Virus record (IMG/VR): IMGVR_UViG_3300037458_000153
Coordinates: 1 to 25,404 of that record
Reading direction: 5' to 3' (one strand)
Length of the DNA stretch: 25,404 nucleotides
Origin: a virus
Taxonomy: Duplodnaviria > Caudoviricetes
How positions within the stretch are numbered: the stretch's first letter is position 1; each line of letters opens with the position of its first letter. Position numbers and translations under genes: made by a program. This document shows positions 7,418 to 16,513 of the stretch, piece after piece. The notes under the pieces are model-generated. The model saw nothing but the letters and a program-made list of their open reading frames with translations, was not told where the DNA came from and ran no database searches.

Positions 7418-8890
7418 TCATTCGAATAAACTATCTACCTCTTCATAAGGGATATCGGACAGCCCAAAGAATTCAACGCTCTTCCCAGACTTGTAAAACA
7501 CCTTGCCACATAATCCGCCACCTTGCTTTTCCAATTCCACCCGATCAATCAAACTTCTGAGCTTACTGCCCAGTGCTGTCAACAAGGCCCTACGCTCATC
7601 TGTACCCTTGCTTTTCTTAAGCTCCTGCCATGCCCACCTGATACCCGCTACCGTATCCTCTACCTTGTTGGCTTGCTCTGCTTTGACAGTTTCTATCTGA
7701 TCGGATACCTTGTCCTTCTCTTGCTCCAGCTTGGCCAATAGGACTAACAGGCTGTCTATGTTAGGCGTCTTGTCCACTGCTTTGATGGTGGCATTTATCT
7801 TGGCCACTATGCCCTCTAGCTTGACTTGTAACGAGTCCAGCCGATTATCCTGGACTTTGTTAGGCTCTATCTGTGTCTCCGTTACAACAGCCAATACGGA
7901 ATACAGGACAGCTTGTAGCGGGACACTCCAATATTTCCCATCAGCTTCAATAGCCGCAGATGGTACTAATTGTTTTTGTCCTGTGGCTCTGGTGATAGTA
8001 TACATGGTGCTGTTGCTGGCTTTATCCTTGCATAGTCCTTGCAACGGATTGACACTTCTGGGACGTGGCCCATGGTGGCGATGCTTTCTACTATTGATGG
8101 CAGCTTGGGCTTGATAGTAAGTGTCATTGTCTATTATGGCTGGATAATACTGGCAGTTGAAAGCCTCACCTAATACCAGTCTGCCAGTCAGAATCTTAAG
8201 GACATATCCTTTTTGCCATGTGGTAGCTTTGGATATGGGAGGAATCTTATCGGTATTGAATCGCCTACAGATTGCTTCAATGCCATAGCCTTCAATGGAT
8301 AAAGCAAATATCTGGCGGACAATAGCCGCTTTCTTTTCAATGACTTCCCACTTGCCTTTATTCAGTTTGAGCCAGCAAGGACAACGAGCGGAGACAATAG
8401 TATTTTCAGCATTGGCCAACTTAGCTTGCCAAGCTCTACCCACCCGCTCAGATTTCTTTTGGGATTCTTCTGCGGCTAGGATGAGTTCGATAGCGAACTC
8501 GGTAACACCAAAGCCTTTCAAGTCATCCTTGGTAAGGATACGATTCTTACGGACATGGCCAATATTTATTCCAGCCCTGAGTATCTGTCCGAATAATGCC
8601 AAGGACTGATCAAGATCCAAGCGGCTCAGTCTGTCTAATTGCTCAACAACTAGGACTGATCCTTTAGGAATTTTGCCTTGTTCGACAGCCTTAATGAATA
8701 CACCCAAGGCCCCCTTGTCTTTGTTCTTCCCGAGTCTGGCGGATATTCCAGCGTCCAGGTAGGTAGTGGGACTGGGTGTGAGCTTGTGAAAGTCACAGAA
8801 GCGGGTGAAGTCCTCAGACTGTCTACGCTTACTGTCACCTGTGGATTGATCGGGATGGCTCCACCTGACGTAGGAAATGGCGATACACAT
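7418..8890 (-). CDS. Large serine recombinase (integrase)
   Basis: YVRWS catalytic motif, DAGISA, LVVEQLDRLSR, recombinase domain (YPAIID) and coiled coil. Confidence 0.93.
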   Translation of the reverse strand: MCIAISYVRWSHPDQSTGDSKRRQSEDFTRFCDFHKLTPSPTTYLDAGISARLGKNKDKGALGVFIKAVEQGKIPKGSVLVVEQLDRLSRLDLDQSLALFGQILRAGINIGHVRKNRILTKDDLKGFGVTEFAIELILAAEESQKKSERVGRAWQAKLANAENTIVSARCPCWLKLNKGKWEVIEKKAAIVRQIFALSIEGYGIEAICRRFNTDKIPPISKATTWQKGYVLKILTGRLVLGEAFNCQYYPAIIDNDTYYQAQAAINSRKHRHHGPRPRSVNPLQGLCKDKASNSTMYTITRATGQKQLVPSAAIEADGKYWSVPLQAVLYSVLAVVTETQIEPNKVQDNRLDSLQVKLEGIVAKINATIKAVDKTPNIDSLLVLLAKLEQEKDKVSDQIETVKAEQANKVEDTVAGIRWAWQELKKSKGTDERRALLTALGSKLRSLIDRVELEKQGGGLCGKVFYKSGKSVEFFGLSDIPYEEVDSLFE

Positions 8891-8891
8891 G

Positions 8892-8962
8892 TTGATTCCC
8901 CCGTGATTAGTTTACCACAGTACATCAACATATACGCTACCAAACTAATCTAGGGGAATCAA
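8892..8962. other. Candidate attP site
   Basis: GATTAGTTT/AAACTAATC and GTACAT/ATATAC symmetric about AA at 8927-8928; outer TTGATTCCCC/GGGGAATCAA; abuts the integrase start. Confidence 0.65.
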
Positions 8963-8990
8963 GCGGGTAATCTTAATGCTGTCGGGCTAC

Positions 8991-8996
8991 TAAATA
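8991..8996 (+). promoter_or_regulatory. TAAATA late-type promoter, leaderless
   Basis: TAAATA-cccgT-ATG(9002). Confidence 0.7.
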
Positions 8997-9001
8997 CCCG
9001 T

Positions 9002-10465
9002 ATGCACAATGATGAATCAACAGACTGGCTTGGCTACCCCAAGGACATCAAGCACTACACCCCCCAAGAGGATGTAGAATATACATTCGACAATTTACCT
9101 AGGGATTTGCCCCCAGGTATCTGGGATAATCCCAAGCCCGATGAAATGGATGCCTATGACGAATTCCTTAAGGCATGGAATCAAGGCGAGGAAGAACTAA
9201 AGGAACACTGGCAGTCTACCGCTGAGGAAGGCGATACGATCAGAGCCTTAGCTTACTCCTGCATCACCAAGGGCTGTGATTGCACCAGTGGAACTTATGA
9301 AAAAGCTGACGTAATTGCCACAGCCGATGACGGTATGTGGGATGTACTTCATTACACATTCACCACAGCAGAAGTGTACTTTGGCTCCACATATGTGATT
9401 GCTGCGGGTGACTTGGTGGAATTACCACCAGCAGATGAAGGTGTGGTATCTGCATTAGGTGAAGGCTGGCATCCTAAGTCCTGCTTTACACGGCATGTGG
9501 ATGTAGATGTCCCGCCCAATACGGAAACTAGCACCACCGTCATTAACTATGCCCGCCTAAAGTTCTGGGCAATAGACAATTCTCTGACTGGTGCTAGTGC
9601 TATGATCAGTGGTATTGAGTCTGCAACTTCACCCACTAGCGGCTACTCTGCACAGACTTGGGAACGCACCGAAAGCCGAGTGTATTGGGATGCTGGAGCA
9701 TGGACAGCAGGAAGCATTTACTACAGTCCCAATATTGCTTGCGTCATCCAGGAAATTATTGATGGGCCTAGTTGGCGTAGTGGCGATGATATCCTAATGT
9801 TTCTGGATGGCTATGGGACAAGTCTAAATGAAGCATATGATTACGCTGATGATGCAGCCAAGTCAGCAGACTTAGAAATCTGGTGGGTAATCCACCACAA
9901 CATAAGTATGAGTGGTGGCGTCAAGTGTGATAGCTCAGCCAATGTCGCAGCCATATACACCATACCGATGAGTGGTGGAATAAAGCTAGGCACTGAATCA
10001 TTCTATGGCCTGACTTTCAATCAGCCAGTGAATGTACATGGTAGAGTGTGGCTAAGCGGCTTTGCTGATGTGTCGATATCTGTTCCGATGCGTGGCGGAA
10101 TCAAAGTAAACAGTACTGCTAGAGTCACGAATAATTTCAGCACTATCATACTTGGTGGTGTGAAACTAAGTGGACGTGCAGTGAAGCCTAGTTTCCCAAG
10201 TGGCTTTACCACTCGACATACTATCATTGTTCCCGCTGGTGCCGTTACCGCTGATCTCACAGGATTCTTGCTGGGTATCGTGGCCACCATTGATGCATCG
10301 ATGGTATCTGACAATATTTTTGCCATCACAGATACAAGCAATAATGTATTGCCACATGACTTCCGTAAGTTGAGCGGCAATGAACTCACACTGTATTTCA
10401 AGTGTGATCTATTAGCAGACAGTGACAATGTATTTTACTTGAACTATGGGGATGAGCATGTCTGA
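9002..10465 (+). CDS. Putative adhesin/tail-associated protein with C-terminal DUF2341-like domain
   Basis: Acidic N-terminus, SPNIACVIQEIIDGPSWRSG beta-domain, SGG repeats, ITDTSNNVLPH...FYLNYG ending. Confidence 0.6.
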   Translation: MHNDESTDWLGYPKDIKHYTPQEDVEYTFDNLPRDLPPGIWDNPKPDEMDAYDEFLKAWNQGEEELKEHWQSTAEEGDTIRALAYSCITKGCDCTSGTYEKADVIATADDGMWDVLHYTFTTAEVYFGSTYVIAAGDLVELPPADEGVVSALGEGWHPKSCFTRHVDVDVPPNTETSTTVINYARLKFWAIDNSLTGASAMISGIESATSPTSGYSAQTWERTESRVYWDAGAWTAGSIYYSPNIACVIQEIIDGPSWRSGDDILMFLDGYGTSLNEAYDYADDAAKSADLEIWWVIHHNISMSGGVKCDSSANVAAIYTIPMSGGIKLGTESFYGLTFNQPVNVHGRVWLSGFADVSISVPMRGGIKVNSTARVTNNFSTIILGGVKLSGRAVKPSFPSGFTTRHTIIVPAGAVTADLTGFLLGIVATIDASMVSDNIFAITDTSNNVLPHDFRKLSGNELTLYFKCDLLADSDNVFYLNYGDEHV

Positions 10466-10691
10466 GAAAGAAGCAAGAGAATGGCTGACTAAACGTGTCA
10501 TTAGAATACTAGCCCCGCCTAGCTGGAAACGTGATGAGGATGGCGCACAGATTTATTCTGTGCATTGTGCGATACTTGAGCGAGATGCATATTTGTGTGC
10601 TGTATTGTACGACAACATATTGTTTAGGGTGAAGGATGGGGACTGGCAATTAGCAGATAATAGATGGAGGGTGGTAGATGGCAACGTATAG
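10458..10691 (+). CDS. Hypothetical protein
   Basis: Overlaps both neighbours; likely start MSEKEA. Confidence 0.6.
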   Translation: MSEKEAREWLTKRVIRILAPPSWKRDEDGAQIYSVHCAILERDAYLCAVLYDNILFRVKDGDWQLADNRWRVVDGNV

Positions 10692-11571
10692 CGAATCAAT
10701 GTCCAAGGGTATGAAGCTATCGGGCAAGTCCCGCATTACGATGATCAATTCATCTAGGACTTGCTTCTGTAGTCCACCCGATGTGGACTATGAAGAGGTA
10801 ATGTCTGGCGGCGTATCCCTTAGTGGCTCTGCTGACGTGTGGGACAATAAGATACGTGGCGGTATTTATGCTGGTGGTACAGCCCGAGTCTCAGTAGCTA
10901 CACAGCCATGGGATGAATACGTAATGGTGTTACCATTAGATGAAACAAGTGGCACTGTCTATTACGATCACACCACTAGACATCTAGATGGTACTGGCAC
11001 TGCCACACCCGATATTGGCCCGTTCTGTTCTGGCAGTCAACACTTCGATGGACTAACAGAATACATTACTTTGCCCTACGATAATTACCATGGGCCATTC
11101 ACTGCCACAGCTTGGATCAAGATAGAAGATATCTTCTCTGCTCGCATGTGGTACAGCCGTGGACATACTACCCTTACCGACAAATGGTATTTCACCCAAG
11201 GACATAGTTTCATCAATCACTTAGCTGGACGGGTACAGAACACAGACAGCACTGCCATGGAAGCTTATAGCACTACCACAATGGATGCTGGTGAATGGTA
11301 TCATGTGGCCACATCGTATGATGGCAGTTCATTCAGCCAACATATTGATGGCATTGATGAAGGTAGTTGGGATTCCACTGGTAGTCCTGTGACTGGGACG
11401 AATGGTGGCTATATCGCTAGGTATGAAGGTGGCCAGCCGTATGCTGGGAATGTGCAAGAGCTACGATTGTATGGTGGCATACTATCTACAGCTTGGCTCA
11501 AAGCAGAATATGATAACTGGTGCAATCCAGAGTTTTATCATGTCAGCAAAAAGATGTTACCTACTTGGTGA
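10678..11571 (+). CDS. LamG/concanavalin-A-like domain protein
   Basis: FDGLTEYI, FTATAWIK, GEWYHVATSYDG, GNVQELRLY...LS motifs; GGAGG SD. Confidence 0.85.
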   Translation: MATYSESMSKGMKLSGKSRITMINSSRTCFCSPPDVDYEEVMSGGVSLSGSADVWDNKIRGGIYAGGTARVSVATQPWDEYVMVLPLDETSGTVYYDHTTRHLDGTGTATPDIGPFCSGSQHFDGLTEYITLPYDNYHGPFTATAWIKIEDIFSARMWYSRGHTTLTDKWYFTQGHSFINHLAGRVQNTDSTAMEAYSTTTMDAGEWYHVATSYDGSSFSQHIDGIDEGSWDSTGSPVTGTNGGYIARYEGGQPYAGNVQELRLYGGILSTAWLKAEYDNWCNPEFYHVSKKMLPTW

Positions 11572-11724
11572 TTTGCCACAGTTACATGGCTTCTTATTGA
11601 TTGATGGCGGTAAGCTTCTGACTGGCTTGCCCTGACATTCACGTTCTGTATTGACTGGCGATGGCTTGCCACATATCTTACAAATAAATCCAGCCATTCT
11701 AGCTTTGGCATAGTTACATTTCAT
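11557..11724 (-). CDS. Small Cys-rich protein
   Basis: GAGGAG SD, ATGA coupling; CKICG...CNCGK. Confidence 0.7.
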   Translation of the reverse strand: MKCNYAKARMAGFICKICGKPSPVNTERECQGKPVRSLPPSINKKPCNCGKSPSR

Positions 11725-12386
11725 ACTATCTCCTCTGTTGCCCAAGTGTACCATCGCTCAAGAAAGTCACAGTTATAGCCGCACAGGGCAGAGCCTAGGA
11801 TATTGCTATCACAGCCTACCAATACAATACCGTCACCTAATTGTTCAAGAGCAAAGATCTGTTCTTGCACATCACGTCGATAGCCTACCGTAGTACCACC
11901 ATCCACATAGCCAGTACAAGCGTAAGTGATATCGATACCTTGTGCGATACCCGCAGATCCAGGAGCCATAATCCATGGGCCATCAATATTACCACAGGTA
12001 CAGTCTACTATGCCTTCTCTTACTCTTAGTTCTGAGCCAATACCTTCTAGTAGTTCATTGATTGTGGTAAATCCATATGGCCACATGCAGCCATTGTATT
12101 CACCACTGACATACAGCCTACCACCCTCATTGATCCAGTCAGCCAGATAGGAATAATGGAAACTAGTGAAGTAAGTGCCAGTACAGCAATTATCACAGCC
12201 ACAGAATACAAAGTCACACTTGCTAAGTTTGGTGGTGATGTTCATGCCAACAGATAAATCAGTTTGAACACCTTTACTATCTGGGCAAAGGCAATAACGT
12301 GGATTTAACCATTCGTATTGTTCATAGCCAATGCGACATCCTGTTTTCTCACAGCAGCTACACCCTGGCTGAAAACGTACTGCCAT
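11721..12386 (-). CDS. Cys-rich distal tail-region protein
   Basis: GCSCC N-terminus and many Cys; GAGGAGG SD; third gene after the tape measure. Confidence 0.65.
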   Translation of the reverse strand: MAVRFQPGCSCCEKTGCRIGYEQYEWLNPRYCLCPDSKGVQTDLSVGMNITTKLSKCDFVFCGCDNCCTGTYFTSFHYSYLADWINEGGRLYVSGEYNGCMWPYGFTTINELLEGIGSELRVREGIVDCTCGNIDGPWIMAPGSAGIAQGIDITYACTGYVDGGTTVGYRRDVQEQIFALEQLGDGIVLVGCDSNILGSALCGYNCDFLERWYTWATEEIV

Positions 12387-12991
12387 TATTCCTCCTCTTG
12401 GCAGTTAGCTCCACTTACCCACCAGACACCCTCACCAAAGCTAAGTTGTATAAGACTTGCTGGGGTGTTAGTGGAATCTAAGTCCATGTACCAAGGATTG
12501 TGAATGTCCACGCTTTGCCCTGCTGTATAACTGGTGCCATCAAAATTCTTAGTGGTAGCTGTGGATTTACCTGGGGCTGTGGCTGTACCTTTGGGAATTG
12601 TCCCAGTAAAGGTGGCCATCTTGACGCCTGGAGAATAATCAAACACATAGTATGGATTTGTCTCTGCTCCCCTCATCCACACAATATCATCCGTCAATAC
12701 CCATTTAGATCCAGTGGCTTCTACTGCCCAATATTCTTCATCGCTATGACTACCTGTGGGATAATCCTCATCTGGATCTTCAGTAATGTAGCCATCTTCA
12801 TCTGGCTTGAGTGCTTCCCAACTGTAGTACCCGCTACCGTCACTGCCAGTTATCCTAGCCCAGAAAGCTCTAGGATAATATCCTTTGGCTCTATCGGTAG
12901 GCTCAGGCGCACCTGTATTCATTCGCTCATATTGAATCACTGCTTCAGCAGTACGTTTCTTTTCTTCAGATGTGAATCGGGCAAACGCCAT
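12386..12991 (-). CDS. Putative tail tip protein
   Basis: Position in the tail operon, TAATG coupling. Confidence 0.6.
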   Translation of the reverse strand: MAFARFTSEEKKRTAEAVIQYERMNTGAPEPTDRAKGYYPRAFWARITGSDGSGYYSWEALKPDEDGYITEDPDEDYPTGSHSDEEYWAVEATGSKWVLTDDIVWMRGAETNPYYVFDYSPGVKMATFTGTIPKGTATAPGKSTATTKNFDGTSYTAGQSVDIHNPWYMDLDSTNTPASLIQLSFGEGVWWVSGANCQEEE

Positions 12992-13830
12992 TAGAACACC
13001 GTATAAGGAAGTGGTGGATAGATTTCAAAATAATGGAAGTAAGGTGTTGTCCCACTACCTGGAAGAATACGCTTACCGTTTTGATCCAGTGGCACAGGAT
13101 CATTACAGATTGCTCCATCAATGATGACTGGCTTCAGTTTCCCTGTTGCGGAGTCATACTCACGCATACCCCTAGACTCGATCCACACACCATGACGATA
13201 TGGATTGAAAAGGAATTCAATCGTTGTCTTGTAGTACGTACCAATAGTCTTGTTGTATGCAGATGATACTGAGGCATTCATACAACGCCATGTTCTAGGT
13301 GGCATTCCCTGGAATGGCGTAGCATTCACACTGTTGACGTAGTACATGAAAATACTACCAGCGTCATACCAAAGATTGCGGGATACCTGGAGTACAGCAC
13401 AGCTTACATCCTTTTGAATCTGATTAGCAAAGAGATCCCCAGCCGTATTGCGGATGGGATTGCCATACACGTCATACCACACAGGGCTTTGTGTATTCAC
13501 AAATGAGCGGGAATATTGGGTAGGCTCATTGAGTGGATTGTCTTGCTGTTGCTGTTCACTCAGTGTGCCGTACTGAGCGGTAACGTGCCAGCTATATCCA
13601 TCATCGCCATGGGGTGTGGCTTGAATAGATTTACAGAATGAATAGGAATCTGACTCGGTGCCGTTGTTGTATACATCACCATAGTTCAGCCCAATTGCGG
13701 CACAGGCTGTAGCTGGGCCATCTAGTTTGGAATTCGTTTCCACATACCACACTCGGGTGTATGTGTTCTCATCCTTATTCCATTGTCCCTGGCGATTTTC
13801 AAATAGTTCGGTGCATTTAGTGACTGCCAT
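12991..13830 (-). CDS. Putative distal tail/hub protein
   Basis: Directly follows the tape measure; beta-rich. Confidence 0.6.
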   Translation of the reverse strand: MAVTKCTELFENRQGQWNKDENTYTRVWYVETNSKLDGPATACAAIGLNYGDVYNNGTESDSYSFCKSIQATPHGDDGYSWHVTAQYGTLSEQQQQDNPLNEPTQYSRSFVNTQSPVWYDVYGNPIRNTAGDLFANQIQKDVSCAVLQVSRNLWYDAGSIFMYYVNSVNATPFQGMPPRTWRCMNASVSSAYNKTIGTYYKTTIEFLFNPYRHGVWIESRGMREYDSATGKLKPVIIDGAICNDPVPLDQNGKRILPGSGTTPYFHYFEIYPPLPYTVF

Positions 13831-13836
13831 AAAAGG

Positions 13837-13842
13837 TATTTA
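13837..13842 (-). promoter_or_regulatory. TAAATA late-type promoter, leaderless
   Basis: TAAATA-cctttT-ATG(13830). Confidence 0.7.
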
Positions 13843-13854
13843 TGGTAGCAACAC

Positions 13855-15888
13855 CTAGAATGGTACGTCATCGTATTCGATGCTGGCAAGCTTCTGGAGG
13901 TACGTCACCATATTCTTTTGGTATTCCGTTTGATCCTTGGAATACTTGGCTATGTCCTTGGTATCCTTATCAACGTCCTTTTTGGGCGTCCCATACATGG
14001 TAGACAGATAGTCTGTATAAGCTTCCTGGCTGCCCATGGTGGCGATATCTGCGTATTTGGGCTGTCCACCCATTCCTAAGATGTCCTGTTGAGCTTGCTG
14101 AATACCTCTAGCAATCAAAGCGGGATCAGCCCCAGCCTGTAGCAATTGATCAAGCTCAGCAATCTTTTGCTGATATTGTTCCATGGGATTCCTTGTCTCT
14201 TCCCATAGTTGCTTGGCGGCTTCCCTGTTTTTCTTCTGCTTTTCCAGTTGCTCCATCTGTTTGAATTGAGCTTGAATGGCTTGGTATTCCTGCTGGGTGA
14301 CGCCACCTGACTTATTGAATCCGTCAATGATATTGAAGAAATCCTTGTCACTTTCGCTAAGCCAGAATGATCCTACTTCCTTTTGCTTCTGCTGGATATA
14401 CTTCATTACGCCATCTGCCCGCTTCTTTTCCTCTAGCTCCTTAGTCAATCTGTTGGCTTGTGCTAGATCGGCACCCTTGAGTCCCGATTCCCTCAGTTGC
14501 TTTTGGGCGTCAGTCTCCCCAAAGTGTTCTATGTCGCCACGTAGCTTGGCAATATATTCAGCAGCCTTCTTGGCATCCTCTCGCCACTTCTCCATGGCAT
14601 CGCTGGCGTCCAGCTTAGCAATCAAGTCTTTAGCTTCCTGGAGTTCGGGGCCTGCTAGTCCTCTGCCCAAAGCGTCATATAATCCTTTTTGCCTAGAGGA
14701 CATACCTAACGTATTGTATTCTTCACGTAGACTAGCAAGGTAATCCTTGTTCTTTTCAAGTCCCTTAAGCATTTCCTCGTTGGCGACAGTTATCCCATCA
14801 ATAGAATTGGCCACACCATTTTGGGCAGTAGTTGTTTCATTTGCTATACCCAACATACGTTCCATAGCGTCCGCACCAGCATTCATAGACTCTTCGGCTT
14901 TACCCAACATATCATCAGCAAACGCATCGCCAACACCAGTTATCATTGCAAATATTTTTGCAATGCCACCGATGATGAAGTTGATGATACCCTGCAAAGT
15001 CTTGAAAATTACCATCGTAAACTGGACGACTTTTTGTATGACTATCGCCACTGCTTTCAAAGCTTCGGCTACTACCCACACATAGTCTCCCCAGTCCTTG
15101 GTGTTGGGTAGCAATTCCTGAAGCGTATCTAAGATGATGTCCAAGACGGGTGTAATCGCCACAGTAAATTGACGCCACATACCTGTAACTCTACCTGTGA
15201 CATCTTCCCATTTGTCCTTCATCTCGCCTAAAGCTCTGGCCTGAGTGGTAGAAATGATCAGTCCTAATTCCTCTGCCTTCTTACGGTACTCATCCATGGC
15301 AGCCCCGCCAGCCCTGAACAATGGATCAAGCTTGGCTCCAGTCTCTTTGAATAGTTTCATAAGGATGGCAATACGATCACCTTGATTGCTGATCTTACTG
15401 ATAGCATCAGAAATAGCCTTGAATTGCTGATCACCTGACATGTTGTTTAGGGCTTGGACATCCAGTCCCAGACGTTGGAATACAGCAGAAGCTTCACCAA
15501 TACCATTGGCAGCCTCACTGATAGAACGTTGCATCTTAGCCATAACTGTACCTACCTCTTCAGCAGATACGTCTAGTTTTTCAAAGGCATATTGCAATCC
15601 GATGACGGCTTCCGCAGATACGTTGAATCGCTCAGACAATTTGTTTACTTTGTCAAGCTCATCAATCTGTTGGCCAACATTAGTTATCACAGAACGTAAA
15701 GCCATGAAGCCAGCAGCAGCCACACCAGCGGCAGTAGCTAATGCACCCAGTCCAGGAATGGCAGATGTAATACCGCCCATCATACTAGTGGCGGCACCCT
15801 TTACATCCTTACCAGCTACAGCTAATCCTTTCTTAAGATCAGCCGTCTGGACTTTCATTCCAATTACTACTTGCCCGACTACCGCCAC
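13855..15888 (-). CDS. Tail tape measure protein
   Basis: Long helical Ala/Gly/Lys-rich protein after the chaperones; GGAGG SD before GTG 15888. Confidence 0.9.
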   Translation of the reverse strand: MAVVGQVVIGMKVQTADLKKGLAVAGKDVKGAATSMMGGITSAIPGLGALATAAGVAAAGFMALRSVITNVGQQIDELDKVNKLSERFNVSAEAVIGLQYAFEKLDVSAEEVGTVMAKMQRSISEAANGIGEASAVFQRLGLDVQALNNMSGDQQFKAISDAISKISNQGDRIAILMKLFKETGAKLDPLFRAGGAAMDEYRKKAEELGLIISTTQARALGEMKDKWEDVTGRVTGMWRQFTVAITPVLDIILDTLQELLPNTKDWGDYVWVVAEALKAVAIVIQKVVQFTMVIFKTLQGIINFIIGGIAKIFAMITGVGDAFADDMLGKAEESMNAGADAMERMLGIANETTTAQNGVANSIDGITVANEEMLKGLEKNKDYLASLREEYNTLGMSSRQKGLYDALGRGLAGPELQEAKDLIAKLDASDAMEKWREDAKKAAEYIAKLRGDIEHFGETDAQKQLRESGLKGADLAQANRLTKELEEKKRADGVMKYIQQKQKEVGSFWLSESDKDFFNIIDGFNKSGGVTQQEYQAIQAQFKQMEQLEKQKKNREAAKQLWEETRNPMEQYQQKIAELDQLLQAGADPALIARGIQQAQQDILGMGGQPKYADIATMGSQEAYTDYLSTMYGTPKKDVDKDTKDIAKYSKDQTEYQKNMVTYLQKLASIEYDDVPF

Positions 15889-15889
15889 A

Positions 15890-16186
15890 TTACCTCCTGG
15901 CTGCCATAGCACTTAGCTTGGCTCTGTTCAACGCCACCTGATCTACCTGCTCTTCATATTGCGGAATAAAGTCTTTCGGTGCCAGTTTGCCACCATGTAC
16001 ATTGGCAAGTGTGGCACACTGGATACCTGTCTGTAGCCAAGGATCTGGTATAGGATTGATCCTAAAATAAGCAATCCACTCAGATAATTCCATGGAGTCC
16101 AAGGCTTCTACCTCCCGCAAACTTTTCCCCAATAGTATTGCTAATCTAAATAGCAACTGCCTTATTGGGGAGCTTCGGAGTTTTTT
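15890..16186 (-). CDS. Tail assembly chaperone, -1 frame extension (gpT-like)
   Basis: Frame is open from the slippery site: KLRSSPIRQLLFRLAILLGKS...ELSEWIAYF. Confidence 0.8.
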   Translation of the reverse strand, partial: KKLRSSPIRQLLFRLAILLGKSLREVEALDSMELSEWIAYFRINPIPDPWLQTGIQCATLANVHGGKLAPKDFIPQYEEQVDQVALNRAKLSAMAARR

Positions 16187-16512
16187 TCTAGTTCATCCAC
16201 ATCGCTCGGTAGTATTCCATTGAGCTTGGCGGCAGTCGTAAAAATGTCCGACAATACTTTGCCGCTCTTCAAGTTCAATAAGCCAACGTCTTCGGGAGTA
16301 AACAATAAGTTCCCCTGTTCGTCGCAGATTGTGAGAGCGGCTAAGCTTGCTCGAATATCATTACGTGTCTTGCCCTGCTGCTGGATTTCCCAGGCAGTTC
16401 TATCGCCAGCCGTCATGGTGCGCACATACACATGCCCGCCCCACTCTGGAGTTTCTACCTTCTCTTGCTTCAGATCCAAACAAGATAGAATTGCGTCTTT
16501 AGTTAGTTGCAT
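16162..16512 (-). CDS. Tail assembly chaperone (gpG-like)
   Basis: PEWGGHVYVRTMT, ICDEQGNLLF, ends ELEKN; AGGA SD before ATG 16512. Confidence 0.88.
   Translation of the reverse strand: MQLTKDAILSCLDLKQEKVETPEWGGHVYVRTMTAGDRTAWEIQQQGKTRNDIRASLAALTICDEQGNLLFTPEDVGLLNLKSGKVLSDIFTTAAKLNGILPSDVDELEKNSEAPQ
16180..16186 (-). other. Programmed -1 frameshift slippery site
   Basis: A AAA AAC heptamer links the two chaperone frames. Confidence 0.85.
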
Positions 16513-16513
16513 A

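Noticed and set aside
14276-15916. Long plus-strand ORFs opposite the tape measure, and similar ones opposite capsid, portal and integrase
   Set aside because: Shadow ORFs of well-supported genes, without SD or recognisable motifs
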